Source of the DNA: Geotalea uraniireducens Rf4
GTDB lineage: Bacteria > Desulfobacterota > Desulfuromonadia > Geobacterales > Geobacteraceae
DNA length: 32,000 bases
Reading direction: 5' to 3'
NCBI RefSeq assembly: GCF_000016745.1
Contig: NC_009483.1
Coordinates: 4,770,001 to 4,802,000, forward strand
In this document: piece after piece, positions 1 through 8,634 of the stretch
How positions within the stretch are numbered: the stretch's first letter is position 1
Layout of the letters: every line of letters starts with the position of its first letter
Notes under the pieces: generated by a model
Database searches by the model: none
What the model saw: the letters and a program-made list of their open reading frames with translations, nothing else
What the model was told of the DNA's origin: nothing
Program-made: the position numbers and the translations under genes

Positions 1-1109
1 TCGAGCAGTCTGCGGTCGGTTCCAGGCAGTGCATCAGGGTGCAGGTCGAAGGCAAGGAGTATCCTTATTATGCCTATGGCCGGGCGTACATCCGGGTCGG
101 AGACGAAGACCGGCAGCTGAGCGCCAAGGAGCTTGAAAACCTGATCCTGGGGAAAAACCGTGACCGGCTCCGCTGGGATACGGAGGTCTGCGACAAGGCA
201 ACCATTGACGATATCGGGCCGGGCAAGCTGAAGTCATTCCTGAAGCTATGCGGGCTCAAGTTCGATACCATCCCCAATTCCCTCGAAAAGCTGAATCTCA
301 TCAAGGCCGGCAGGCTCCTGAATGCCGCTGTGCTCTGTTTTGCCCGCAAGCCGGAGAAGTTCTTTCCCAACGCCAGGCTGCGTTGTGCCGTGTTCGGGAC
401 ACTTGACACCACAGTTACCATTGGCATGAAAGACTATTATGGCGATGTCTTTGCCCTGATCAACAAGGCTGAGGAATACATCCTTGAGCATATCAACATC
501 GGCATGCGGCTGGAGGGGATGCTGCGGGTGGATGTTCCCGAAATCGACCCTGAAGCGTTTCGTGAAGGGATTATCAATGCCTTCTGTCACCGGGACTATC
601 GGGAGTATGATTCTGTCAACATTGCCATCTTCAAGGATCGGGTGGAGATCAGAAGCCCCGGCCTGCTTTATGGCGGGCTTACCATCGACACTATCAGAAA
701 GAAGATGGTATCTGCCCGGCGTAATGAGCTGTTGGCGGAGCTGTTCCAGCGCAGTCATCGCATCGAAAAATGGGGCCGAGGCATCAAGATGATCCTGGAG
801 CGGGAACCGGCTACAGAGTTCGAAGAAGTGGGAACGGTGCAGTTTGTTGCTACGTTCAAAAGAAAGAATGTGGAGGCTTTTCCGTCCATCAGTGTCGGTG
901 AAACTACCCAGAAAACTACCCAGAAAACTACCCAGAAAATTCTTGAACTGATTGTCAGCAATCCAAGAATCAGCCGTATCGAACTGGCAGCAGAAATCGG
1001 AATTACTGCGGATGGCGTAAAGTATCAGTTGGACAAATTAAGGAAGCAAGGGATTCTAAAACGTATCGGGCCTGATAAGGGCGGGTATTGGGAGATCGTG
1101 AAAGAGTGA
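1..1109 (+). CDS. 5'-partial ATP-binding protein of the AlbA_2 / HATPase_c_4 / C-terminal winged-helix type (COG2865, often annotated 'RecG-like putative transcriptional regulator')
   Basis: Frame 3 is open from the window edge (no stop before the GTG at 39), so the N-terminus lies upstream. The translation carries family-typical strings: YAYGRAYIRVGDEDRQLS, NAFCHRDY and IEKWGRGIKMI. It ends in a wHTH (ISRIELAAEIGITADGVKYQLDKLRKQGILKR). Confidence 0.7.
   Translation, partial: EQSAVGSRQCIRVQVEGKEYPYYAYGRAYIRVGDEDRQLSAKELENLILGKNRDRLRWDTEVCDKATIDDIGPGKLKSFLKLCGLKFDTIPNSLEKLNLIKAGRLLNAAVLCFARKPEKFFPNARLRCAVFGTLDTTVTIGMKDYYGDVFALINKAEEYILEHINIGMRLEGMLRVDVPEIDPEAFREGIINAFCHRDYREYDSVNIAIFKDRVEIRSPGLLYGGLTIDTIRKKMVSARRNELLAELFQRSHRIEKWGRGIKMILEREPATEFEEVGTVQFVATFKRKNVEAFPSISVGETTQKTTQKTTQKILELIVSNPRISRIELAAEIGITADGVKYQLDKLRKQGILKRIGPDKGGYWEIVKE
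900..939 (+). repeat. In-frame 12-bp tandem repeat (aaactacccaga-type unit, 3 copies plus a partial copy) encoding TTQK x3 in the linker before the wHTH
   Basis: Read directly: gaaactacccag aaaactacccag aaaactacccag aaaa. The translation is TTQKTTQKTTQK. Confidence 0.9.
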
Positions 1110-1300
1110 TGGTGCCCCTGTCTCCGTTTCCCGAATTTGACGGAAACGATGCAAAAGTGCTGATTGGGATGGATGGGGAGTGAGGGGGAGTGATGGATGC
1201 ATGTTCTGCCGAAATGGAAAACGGTGATATCCATTCACGGCTGTTTTGGCACCGTACTTCATTTACAAATCTGTTGTCGCGTAAAATAGAGGTCTGATAG

Positions 1301-1861
1301 ATGATTCAAAAAGAGTTAGAAGTCATTTTAAGCCGATACACTCAGGCCCGCATGGGAGAACCATTTAACGGCGAGCATGAAATATTTTCAAATTTTGAAG
1401 CAATACGAGAGGCGTTAGCGCAATCAGAAGCAGTTCAAAGTCGGCCACATCTCCGTGTGAAATACAGCGCAGGACAAGGTAATTGGGCAAGAGTGCCATG
1501 GATTGCATTTCTTGATTCAAGAGAAACAACAACAACCCAAAAGGGAGTTTATTGCGTTTATCTATTTCGACAAGATATGTCTGGTGTTTATATTACCTTT
1601 AATCAGGGTGTTACAGAGCTGATTAGGCAAAATGGAAGACCACGAGCTCATCAGGAATTACAAAAACGTGCTGAAGCAATACATCAATATTGCTCAGGTC
1701 TTCCTTCCAAAGGTTTTTCGCTTATAAAAGGAATAGACCTTCGAGCAGATGCTGGCTTAGGTGCTGACTATGAGTACTCAACTATTGCTTATAAATTTTA
1801 CGAGGCCGGCAATATGGCTCCTCGACGAATTGAGTGGGTAGCCTGGGCCGGGTTGATGTAA
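1301..1861 (+). CDS. N-terminal fragment of the mcrB-like gene (DUF3578/MrcB_N-like domain); the last 15 codons (after ...EAGNM) and the stop are read from the IS left end
   Basis: The ATG at 1301 follows an AT-rich leader. The motif GQGNWARVPWIAFLD...GVYCVYLF is typical of the DUF3578 N-terminal domain of McrB-like proteins. The ORF crosses the IS boundary at 1816. Confidence 0.75.
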   Translation: MIQKELEVILSRYTQARMGEPFNGEHEIFSNFEAIREALAQSEAVQSRPHLRVKYSAGQGNWARVPWIAFLDSRETTTTQKGVYCVYLFRQDMSGVYITFNQGVTELIRQNGRPRAHQELQKRAEAIHQYCSGLPSKGFSLIKGIDLRADAGLGADYEYSTIAYKFYEAGNMAPRRIEWVAWAGLM

Positions 1862-3157
1862 GATAGGCCACCATCACTCAGCCTGGAGGTTAGTAATCGC
1901 TATGAATCCTGAAGATCTTTTTGGTGCTGCTCTTGGAATTGCCATCCCGTGGAAGGTTACCTCTGTTGACTTCAACAAGAAGTCAAGTCGTTTGGACATA
2001 ACCATCGACTTCCAGCGGGGAGCCACCTTTCCCTGTCCGGTCTGCGGAACGTTGTCACCAGTCCATGACACCACGGAGAAAGAGTGGCGGCATCTGAATT
2101 TCTTCCAGTACGAAGCCTACCTTCATGCGCGTGTTCCACGGGTAAAGTGCCCTAACAGCGACTGCGGCGTGAAGTTGGTCCAGGTACCCTGGGCTCGCGC
2201 AGGCTCAGGATTTACGCTGCTGTTTGAGGCCCTGGCCATGACCATGGCTCGTGATTTGCCGGTGAAGGTCATGAGCAGGCTGTTTGCCGTTACCGATACC
2301 CGTCTATGGCGGTTGATTCAATCCTATGTCGAGAAGGCAAGGGCCGCAGAAGACTTCTCCGAGGTGAAGAGGGTCGGTGCGGATGAAACCTTTGCCGGGC
2401 GCAGTCATGACGAGAAATTCGTCACCTTCTTCTTCGACCTCGACATGCATAAGCTCTTGTTCGGCACGACGGGAAAGGACAACGAAACAGTCAAGAGCTT
2501 CGTCGCGGACCTTAAGTCACATGGCGGCGATCCTGATAGCATCACAGACGCTGCTATTGACATGTCCAAGGCATTCATAAAGGGTGTCAAAGAGCAGTTG
2601 CCCCATGCCGTGGTCACCTTCGATAAATTCCACGTCATCAAGCTTATGAACGATAAGCTTAGTAAGATAAGGGCTCAAGAAGCCAGGTTATTTCCTGAAA
2701 TCCTGAAAAAGAGCAGAAACCTGTTCCTCAAAAATCCAGAGAACCTGACACCGGAAGAGGAACAGCGCCTGGATGCCATTATCACCAGTCAAAGCTTAAG
2801 GAGTACGGAAGCTTACATGCACAAGCTGAACCTTCAGAACGTCTATTTTGCTTCAAGCCGAACGGAGGCAGAAACCCTGTTGACCAAATGGCATCGGAAA
2901 GCCGCCGCAAGCTCAATCCAACTCATCAAGAACATGGCCGAATCTGTAAAAGAGCATTGGGATGGCATTCTGGCACATTTTGAAAGCGGCCTGACTAGCG
3001 GCTTCATTGAGGGCATCAACAGCCTAATTCAATCAGCCAAAACTCGGGCACGAGGCTATCGGAATCCTGACAACTTGATCTGCATGGCTTATCTGGTTGC
3101 AGGCAAGCTCAACCTAAAGTCGCTATTCCCTCTACCCACTTGATTCGTTGCAGAGCC
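1816..3157 (+). mobile_element. ISL3-family insertion sequence, copy 1 (1342 bp)
   Basis: The boundaries come from comparing copy 1 with copy 2 (offset 19923 bp). Terminal inverted repeats are ggctcctcgacgaattgagtgggtag (left) and the reverse complement of ctacccacttgattcgttgcagagcc (right), matching at 21/26 and beginning GGCTC as in ISL3 elements. An 8-bp target-site duplication, ggcaatat, lies at 1808..1815 and 3158..3165. Confidence 0.93.
1902..3143 (+). CDS. ISL3 family transposase (413 aa)
   Basis: The N-terminal zinc-finger region (CPVCG...HDTTEKEWRHLNFFQYEAYLHARVPRVKCPNSDCGVK) and the DDE core are typical of ISL3 transposases. The stop codon lies inside the right inverted repeat. Confidence 0.92.
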   Translation: MNPEDLFGAALGIAIPWKVTSVDFNKKSSRLDITIDFQRGATFPCPVCGTLSPVHDTTEKEWRHLNFFQYEAYLHARVPRVKCPNSDCGVKLVQVPWARAGSGFTLLFEALAMTMARDLPVKVMSRLFAVTDTRLWRLIQSYVEKARAAEDFSEVKRVGADETFAGRSHDEKFVTFFFDLDMHKLLFGTTGKDNETVKSFVADLKSHGGDPDSITDAAIDMSKAFIKGVKEQLPHAVVTFDKFHVIKLMNDKLSKIRAQEARLFPEILKKSRNLFLKNPENLTPEEEQRLDAIITSQSLRSTEAYMHKLNLQNVYFASSRTEAETLLTKWHRKAAASSIQLIKNMAESVKEHWDGILAHFESGLTSGFIEGINSLIQSAKTRARGYRNPDNLICMAYLVAGKLNLKSLFPLPT

Positions 3158-4504
3158 GGCAATATTCCTATAGATACAATGATTGTAAGCGATTTGGAGG
3201 CTACACTAATGGCCTATGATAACTATTTGACAAAAAAGTCTACAATCCCTTTACCACTGCCCAAACCCGTTGAAAATTGCATCCAAACTTTTCTTCCCAA
3301 ACCATTCCTCCTTCTCGCCGGCATCTCCGGCACCGGCAAAACCCGCTTTGTCCGTGAACAGGCCGACGCATCCGCATCGGTAGAACGTTACGGCATCGAA
3401 AAAGGCAACAACTACTGCCTTGTGCCGGTACGCCCCGACTGGCACGAACCGTCCGATCTGCTTGGCTATATCTCCCGCATCGGCGAAGGCGGCGCCCGCT
3501 ATGTGGTTACGGACCTGCTCTGCTTTATTGTCAAAGCTTGGAAGCATGCGGCTTCATCCGCATCCACTGCCGGTATCGAATATAAGGATTTAAACAGCAT
3601 CTGCCCCTTCTGGCTCTGTCTTGATGAGATGAACCTCGCCCCGGTTGAACAGTATTTCGCCGATTATCTATCCATACTTGAGACCCGCAAATGGGCGGAC
3701 GGAACATACTCTTGCGATCCGCTTCTCAAGCCCGCCGTCATCAATCAGCAGCTGAACAAAACCGGCAGTGATGACCTGTGGGACAAACTCAATATAGGGG
3801 GTGATGAGCCGCTGAATGCTGGTCTGCGGGATTATTTTTCTGCTGTCGGTATCCCGCTTCCGCCCAACCTGATTGTGGCAGGAACCGTCAATATGGATGA
3901 GACCACCCACGGTTTTTCCCGCAAGGTGATCGATCGCGCCCTGACCATAGACTTCGGCGAATTTTTCCCCAATGATTATGAGCAGTATTATGAAGCTGAC
4001 AAAAATAAGACCGTCAGGACGTTTGATTTCCCACGCCTGTCCGGTGTGCATCGTGAGAGTGATCTTTCTTCGGTACCTGCCGATCCGGACGGACGGAAAA
4101 CCATCGAATTTCTTAAGTCAGTCAACGTAGTGCTTCAGGATACCCCCTTTCAACTTGCTTTCCGGGCCCTGAACGAGGCGCTGCTGTCGGTCGTCTGCTT
4201 TTGTCCTGCCGATGATACGCAGCTGCAGGCGGTCTGGGACGACTTTTTGATGATGAAGGTACTACCGAGGATCGAAGGGGATCAGGAGAAGCTGGCCTGC
4301 GATGGCGATAAAAGTCTTCTTACGGGCCTTGCCGTCTGCCTGAAAGAACTTCTTACGGAAATATGGGAGACAGCCAGGCCTGACTTGCTGTGCGAACCAC
4401 TCGTCAATGGTGTTATCCTGCTGAATCCATGCAGGTCGAAAAGAAAACTCGACTGGATGCAGAAACGTCTTCTCGATAACAACTTTACCACCTTCTGGCC
4501 GTAG
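3140..4504 (+). CDS. C-terminal fragment of the mcrB-like gene: McrB-type AAA+ GTPase core (AAA_5-like)
   Basis: The motifs are Walker A LAGISGTGKT, Walker B WLCLDEMNLAPVEQYF and an McrB-like AGTVNMDETTHGFSRKVIDRAL segment. The TTG at 3140 lies inside the IS right end. Native codons resume at 3166. Confidence 0.8.
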   Translation: MIRCRAGNIPIDTMIVSDLEATLMAYDNYLTKKSTIPLPLPKPVENCIQTFLPKPFLLLAGISGTGKTRFVREQADASASVERYGIEKGNNYCLVPVRPDWHEPSDLLGYISRIGEGGARYVVTDLLCFIVKAWKHAASSASTAGIEYKDLNSICPFWLCLDEMNLAPVEQYFADYLSILETRKWADGTYSCDPLLKPAVINQQLNKTGSDDLWDKLNIGGDEPLNAGLRDYFSAVGIPLPPNLIVAGTVNMDETTHGFSRKVIDRALTIDFGEFFPNDYEQYYEADKNKTVRTFDFPRLSGVHRESDLSSVPADPDGRKTIEFLKSVNVVLQDTPFQLAFRALNEALLSVVCFCPADDTQLQAVWDDFLMMKVLPRIEGDQEKLACDGDKSLLTGLAVCLKELLTEIWETARPDLLCEPLVNGVILLNPCRSKRKLDWMQKRLLDNNFTTFWP

Positions 4505-4560
4505 ACCGGATATGCCGATGCCAGTGATAAGAACAACACTATCCCTTACAGTGTCGTCAC

Positions 4561-6918
4561 ATGCCTGATGTTCTCAGGATAGATACCGGTTACTGGGTGC
4601 TGTCTGTCTGGACGAAAGACATTCAGACGCCGCATGACCGTCTTAAATCCACCCTGAAGGTCCGTGGCAGGGATCTGCCGTCTGTTCCGGTGCGGTTTTC
4701 ACCACCCCTTACGGTTTCCGCCGTCCAACCCGTTGCAGGGATAATTCTGTCTGAACAGCCGGTCACAGAGCTTATCTTCCCAAGCCCCGTTTTCTTCGAG
4801 AACCGTGCCTACGACTTCGAGTTCCAGTTTTCTCCGGACAGTGCCCGTACCTCGGAACCGAAAATCATTCACTGGCTCAAATCTGTCGAGGACGGCTTCA
4901 GATTCTCACGCGACTGTCTGAGGGGGAGTATCAACTTCGGCAACGATGTGGGCTGGTTTCGTCTGGGATTGATATTCGATAACGGTCGGCGGGAGATTGA
5001 GCAGTTTCTTTCCTTTGAGGTGCTGCCGACCAAAATGGATATGGCCGGCGACTTCGATCGGATCCACAGGGAGATCGACAGTACTTATCCTCTATGGCGC
5101 TTTTCGTTTGCCCAGAAGACCGAGCATGAACTGGCAACATCACGAAAACCGCACGAGCGTTTCCCGCTGCTCTGGCTGGCACTGTTCAGGAGCCTGCGGA
5201 GCGGGCTTGAAAATGCGGTGAAGCTGATCTGCCGGTCGCCGCATTCACGGCTGCTGCCGCTTGAGCGCTTCCAGAGACCCGACTGTCTCAAGGGGAGGCT
5301 GACACCGCGACTGGAGGAACAGGTGACGGAGCAGTGCCGCAATGGCGAACTGCATCGCCGGCACCGCATTGAAACCCGCCGGCTGTCGGTCGATACCCCT
5401 GAAAACCGCTTTGTGAAAATGGTGATGACCCGCTGCATCCGGGAACTGTCGGTTTTCAGCCGCAGAGCCCGCCTGAATAACGCCGTGCCTGACAGGGAAA
5501 GGCTTAGCAATGCTTTTTTTGCCGAACTGGACGGCTGGCAGAAACCTTTGGAACAGCGCCTGGCGGAGCCGCTGTTCCGTGAAGTCGGGAGTTACAATGG
5601 CATGGCACAGGAATCACTGGTGCTTCATCACCGTGCCGGTTATGCAAAGGTCTATCGTATCTGGCAGGAACTGAAGCTGTATCTCGACCTTTTCGGCCGC
5701 CAGGCGTCAATCTCCATGAAATCGGTGGCAGAGCTTTACGAAGTCTGGTGCCTGCTGGAAATCCGGCGGATGCTGATGGCACTCGGCTTCACAGAGGTTG
5801 AAACCCGCAAGGCCGCCTTGAGAACAAAGGGGCTGGAGAAGGATCTGGCTGACGGTATGGGTACCGCTTTCCGCTTCACGCGACGGGATGGATTGGAGAT
5901 CCGTCTGGCCCATGAACCGCCGTTTTCCGTAACCAGGAATCCGGACGCCAGGGGTATCTATTCCTGGACCACACCACAGAAACCCGACATTCTGCTTGAG
6001 GCCGCCCTTCCTGACGGCAGCCGGATCAACTGGATTTTTGATGCCAAGTACCGGATAGACGCAGAAGACGGCAAAGATGATCTGATTCCTGATGATGCGA
6101 TCAATCAGATGCACCGTTACCGTGATGCGCTGATACATCTTAAAAAGGCAGATGATGGAGTTACCGAAAAGAGCCGCCCGGTTGTCGGCGCTTTTGTGCT
6201 CTATCCTGGATGGTTTGATGAGGAAACCGGCAAAAATCCTTACACCGCGGCCGTTGAGGCAGTCGGTATCGGCGGTTTTCCGCTGCTCCCCGGGCGGGAT
6301 AATCTCTGGCTCCGTGCGTTTCTGAAAGAGAAATTCGGTGATCTGTCCCGTGAAGAGTCGAAAGACAGAGTAATGGAAGCTGATGAACACCTGCTGCATG
6401 AATCGGTGCGGATCGCTCCGACAGGGCTGAGTCTGAGCCGTTACAGTGACCTGACGCTTGTTGCATCATTGGGTGCGGTTTCCAAAAGAGATAAACAGTA
6501 TGTTGACTGCTTTATGGCCGGCACTGCCGGTTGGTATCACATACCGGTTAGCACGACTGACAAGAGAATCTCAAGAACAGTCATGCGTGAACTCCGCTGC
6601 TGCGCCGTTGCTGTTCATCCGGCCGGCGCTGGCGAACGGCGGATTGAATATCTGTATGATGTTGTCTCGGTTAAACTGGTGAATCGGTGCGAACTGGGGG
6701 TTGAACAGGCAGGCACTGTCGATCCGGATAATCGGAATGAATACTGGCTGCTCCAGCTTGGGACATCCCGAACTCTGCCGCATCCTGTCAGTACCGGTAG
6801 CATCCGCAGTTTCCGTTTCCGCCTGACCGCCGCCGCAGATCTGCTAGGAGCAAAAAGCTGGAGTGACCTGCCGGACAGGTATGCGTCGGTTATGAAAAAA
6901 AGTGACAACGCGGAATGA
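4561..6918 (+). CDS. McrC-like partner nuclease: DUF2357 + PD-(D/E)XK (PDDEXK_7/DUF524-like) domain protein with a ~190-aa unassigned C-terminal extension (785 aa)
   Basis: It lies 56 bp downstream of the McrB-like gene on the same strand. The nuclease motif is PDILLEA ... WIFDAKYR (D...D-x-K), followed by INQMHRYRDAL. The ELYEVWCLLEIRRML helix is typical of the family. Confidence 0.75.
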   Translation: MPDVLRIDTGYWVLSVWTKDIQTPHDRLKSTLKVRGRDLPSVPVRFSPPLTVSAVQPVAGIILSEQPVTELIFPSPVFFENRAYDFEFQFSPDSARTSEPKIIHWLKSVEDGFRFSRDCLRGSINFGNDVGWFRLGLIFDNGRREIEQFLSFEVLPTKMDMAGDFDRIHREIDSTYPLWRFSFAQKTEHELATSRKPHERFPLLWLALFRSLRSGLENAVKLICRSPHSRLLPLERFQRPDCLKGRLTPRLEEQVTEQCRNGELHRRHRIETRRLSVDTPENRFVKMVMTRCIRELSVFSRRARLNNAVPDRERLSNAFFAELDGWQKPLEQRLAEPLFREVGSYNGMAQESLVLHHRAGYAKVYRIWQELKLYLDLFGRQASISMKSVAELYEVWCLLEIRRMLMALGFTEVETRKAALRTKGLEKDLADGMGTAFRFTRRDGLEIRLAHEPPFSVTRNPDARGIYSWTTPQKPDILLEAALPDGSRINWIFDAKYRIDAEDGKDDLIPDDAINQMHRYRDALIHLKKADDGVTEKSRPVVGAFVLYPGWFDEETGKNPYTAAVEAVGIGGFPLLPGRDNLWLRAFLKEKFGDLSREESKDRVMEADEHLLHESVRIAPTGLSLSRYSDLTLVASLGAVSKRDKQYVDCFMAGTAGWYHIPVSTTDKRISRTVMRELRCCAVAVHPAGAGERRIEYLYDVVSVKLVNRCELGVEQAGTVDPDNRNEYWLLQLGTSRTLPHPVSTGSIRSFRFRLTAAADLLGAKSWSDLPDRYASVMKKSDNAE

Positions 6919-6952
6919 TGAAACAGCATCCTCGACCAGCAGGTAAAGGCGA

Positions 6953-7082
6953 TAACCCCACCTGTCCTCCCCTTAACTTAAGGGGAGGGACGCACGGATG
7001 CAGTTTGAGTGGTGGTTTTACTCCCCCGCTTAAGCTAAGAGGGGGCAGGGGGGAGTTATGCCGAGGGCAGGGGGGAGTTATG
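6953..7082 (+). repeat. 108-bp hairpin-rich repeat, copy A (6953..7060), plus a 22-bp partial reiteration of its 3' end (7061..7082)
   Basis: It matches copy B at 103/108 with no indels. It contains the palindrome cctccccttaacttaaggggagg and a second hairpin, ctcccccgcttaagctaagaggggg. The tail ggcaggggggagttatg occurs twice. Confidence 0.9.
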
Positions 7083-7108
7083 TCAGGGGTGAGTCATGAA
7101 GAGGCATT

Positions 7109-7486
7109 ATGAAATTTTTACGGAATGACCCGTCATTAAAGGAGCGCCGCAGAGAATTGCGGCGCAATCAGACCGAAGCTGAAAAGATCTTCTGGGCGCA
7201 TGTGCGTAACGGACAGTTTCATGGATTGAAGTTTTTCCGACAATACAGCGTCGGCCCCTATATATTGGACTTTTACAGCCCGTTTAACAAATTGGCGGTT
7301 GAACTGGATGGTGGCCAACACAATCAGGCCGAGATCAGAGAGTATGACGCAGCCCGTTCAGAATATCTGAATGCCCACGGGATTGAGGTTTTGCGGTTCT
7401 GGAATCATGATGTATTGCTTGATGTGCAAAGCGTTCTTTCGAGAGTAGAGGAAAAACTAACCCCTCCTGTCCTCCCCTTAACCTAA
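7109..7486 (+). CDS. DUF559 (Vsr/restriction-endonuclease-like) domain protein, 125 aa
   Basis: The motifs are TEAEKIFWAHVRN..., FRRQ-like FFRQYSVGPYILDFYSP, LAVELDGGQH and IEVLRFWNHDVL. The last ~10 codons (TPPVLPLT*) are encoded by repeat copy B. Confidence 0.85.
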   Translation: MKFLRNDPSLKERRRELRRNQTEAEKIFWAHVRNGQFHGLKFFRQYSVGPYILDFYSPFNKLAVELDGGQHNQAEIREYDAARSEYLNAHGIEVLRFWNHDVLLDVQSVLSRVEEKLTPPVLPLT

Positions 7487-7565
7487 GGGGAGGGACGCAC
7501 GGATGCAGTATGGGTGGTGATTTTACTCCCCCGCTTAAGCTAAGAGGGGGCAGGGGGGAGTTATG
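7458..7565 (+). repeat. 108-bp hairpin-rich repeat, copy B (direct repeat of 6953..7060)
   Basis: Hand alignment with copy A gives 5 substitutions and no indels. It overlaps the 3' end of the DUF559 ORF. Confidence 0.9.
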
Positions 7566-7716
7566 AAAACAGGAATGCAGATGGCACAGTTAGGTGAATA
7601 AAAGGGTACTTGCCTGCCAGGCCTCACCCCGCCAGCGACCTGACCTCTTCACACACCATCTGCGCCTATTGATGATGCTTCAAATCGAGGGGAAACGAGG
7701 GTCGGGGGGAATAACT

Positions 7717-8634
7717 TCAAAGTAAAGGTTTCACCCCGCTCCCCTGATAACTCCCCCGCCGCTCCAGCTCTGAATCGATGGTGTTCAGCACCTCGAATTT
7801 CTTCAACGACCAGAGGGGGGCAAGAAGATGGTCCCGGTTGCCGTCGCCGGTCAGGCGCTGGACGATGATCTTTGGGTCGAGCCGCTCCAGATAGTCGCAG
7901 ACCACCCCCACGTATTCGTCACGCTCCATCACTTTTACCCTACCATGCAGATAGTCATCGGCGAGCTTTGTATCGCGCATCACGTGGAGGAGGTGGATCT
8001 TCACCCCGTCCACGCCCAGTGCGTTGAGGATGTCGGCGCCGGCCAGCATCTCCTCGCGACTCTCGCCGGGGAGACCGAGGATGACATGGGCGCTGACCCT
8101 TATATGCCTGTCCTTGCACTCCTTTACCGCACGGGTAAAGGAGGAGAAATCGTGTCCCCGGCCGATCAGGCTTAAGGTGCGGTCGAGGTGGGACTGCAAC
8201 CCGAGCTCCAGCCAGAAATAGGTCCGTTGCGCGTATTCGGCGAGGAGGTCGAGCGTCTCCGCCGGGAGGCAGTCGGGGCGCGTGCCGACGATCAGCCCGA
8301 CCACGTCTTCAACGGCCAGGGCCTCGTCGTAAATGGCGCGCAGCCGTTCCGCAGGGGCATAGGTGTTGGAGTAGGGCTGGAAATAGGCGAGGAATTTTTT
8401 CGCCTTGTATTTCCGCACCATCACCTCTTTGCCGTGTTCAAGCTGTTCGGCTACGGAGGCCCCGCGGACAATGCCGAACGAGCCGGAACCGGCGCCGCCG
8501 CAGTAGATGCAGCCGGCGCTCCCCACCGTCCCGTCCCGGTTCGGGCAGCTGAAGCCTGCGTCGACGGAAATTCTGTGGACCCGGCAACCGAATACCCGCT
8601 TCAGCTCTTCGGAAAATATCCTGTAACGCTTCAC
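7717..8634 (-). CDS. TIGR01212-family radical SAM protein (YhcC-like)
   Basis: The cluster motif FSCPNRDGTVGSAGCIYC is characteristic of TIGR01212. I prefer the GTG start at 8634 (VKRYRIFSEELK...), which forms a GTGA overlap with the upstream gene's stop. The longest ORF extends to 8670. Confidence 0.8.
   Translation of the reverse strand: MKRYRIFSEELKRVFGCRVHRISVDAGFSCPNRDGTVGSAGCIYCGGAGSGSFGIVRGASVAEQLEHGKEVMVRKYKAKKFLAYFQPYSNTYAPAERLRAIYDEALAVEDVVGLIVGTRPDCLPAETLDLLAEYAQRTYFWLELGLQSHLDRTLSLIGRGHDFSSFTRAVKECKDRHIRVSAHVILGLPGESREEMLAGADILNALGVDGVKIHLLHVMRDTKLADDYLHGRVKVMERDEYVGVVCDYLERLDPKIIVQRLTGDGNRDHLLAPLWSLKKFEVLNTIDSELERRGSYQGSGVKPLL

Larger units (their letters stand above)
1301..4504 (+). 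pseudogene. IS-disrupted mcrB-like gene (N-terminal DUF3578/MrcB_N-type DNA-reader domain + McrB-type AAA+ GTPase); the intact ORF would be 617 aa
   Basis: Removing the IS plus one target-site duplication (1816..3165, 1350 bp = 450 codons) joins 1301..1815 to 3166..4504 in the same frame. The junction then reads ...YKFYEAGN|IPIDTMIVSDLEATL... Confidence 0.85.

Noticed and set aside
6915-7112. 65-aa ORF overlapping repeat copy A
   Set aside because: It is encoded almost entirely by the hairpin repeat and its reiterated tail. It has no RBS, and the equivalent sequence in copy B is not an independent ORF.
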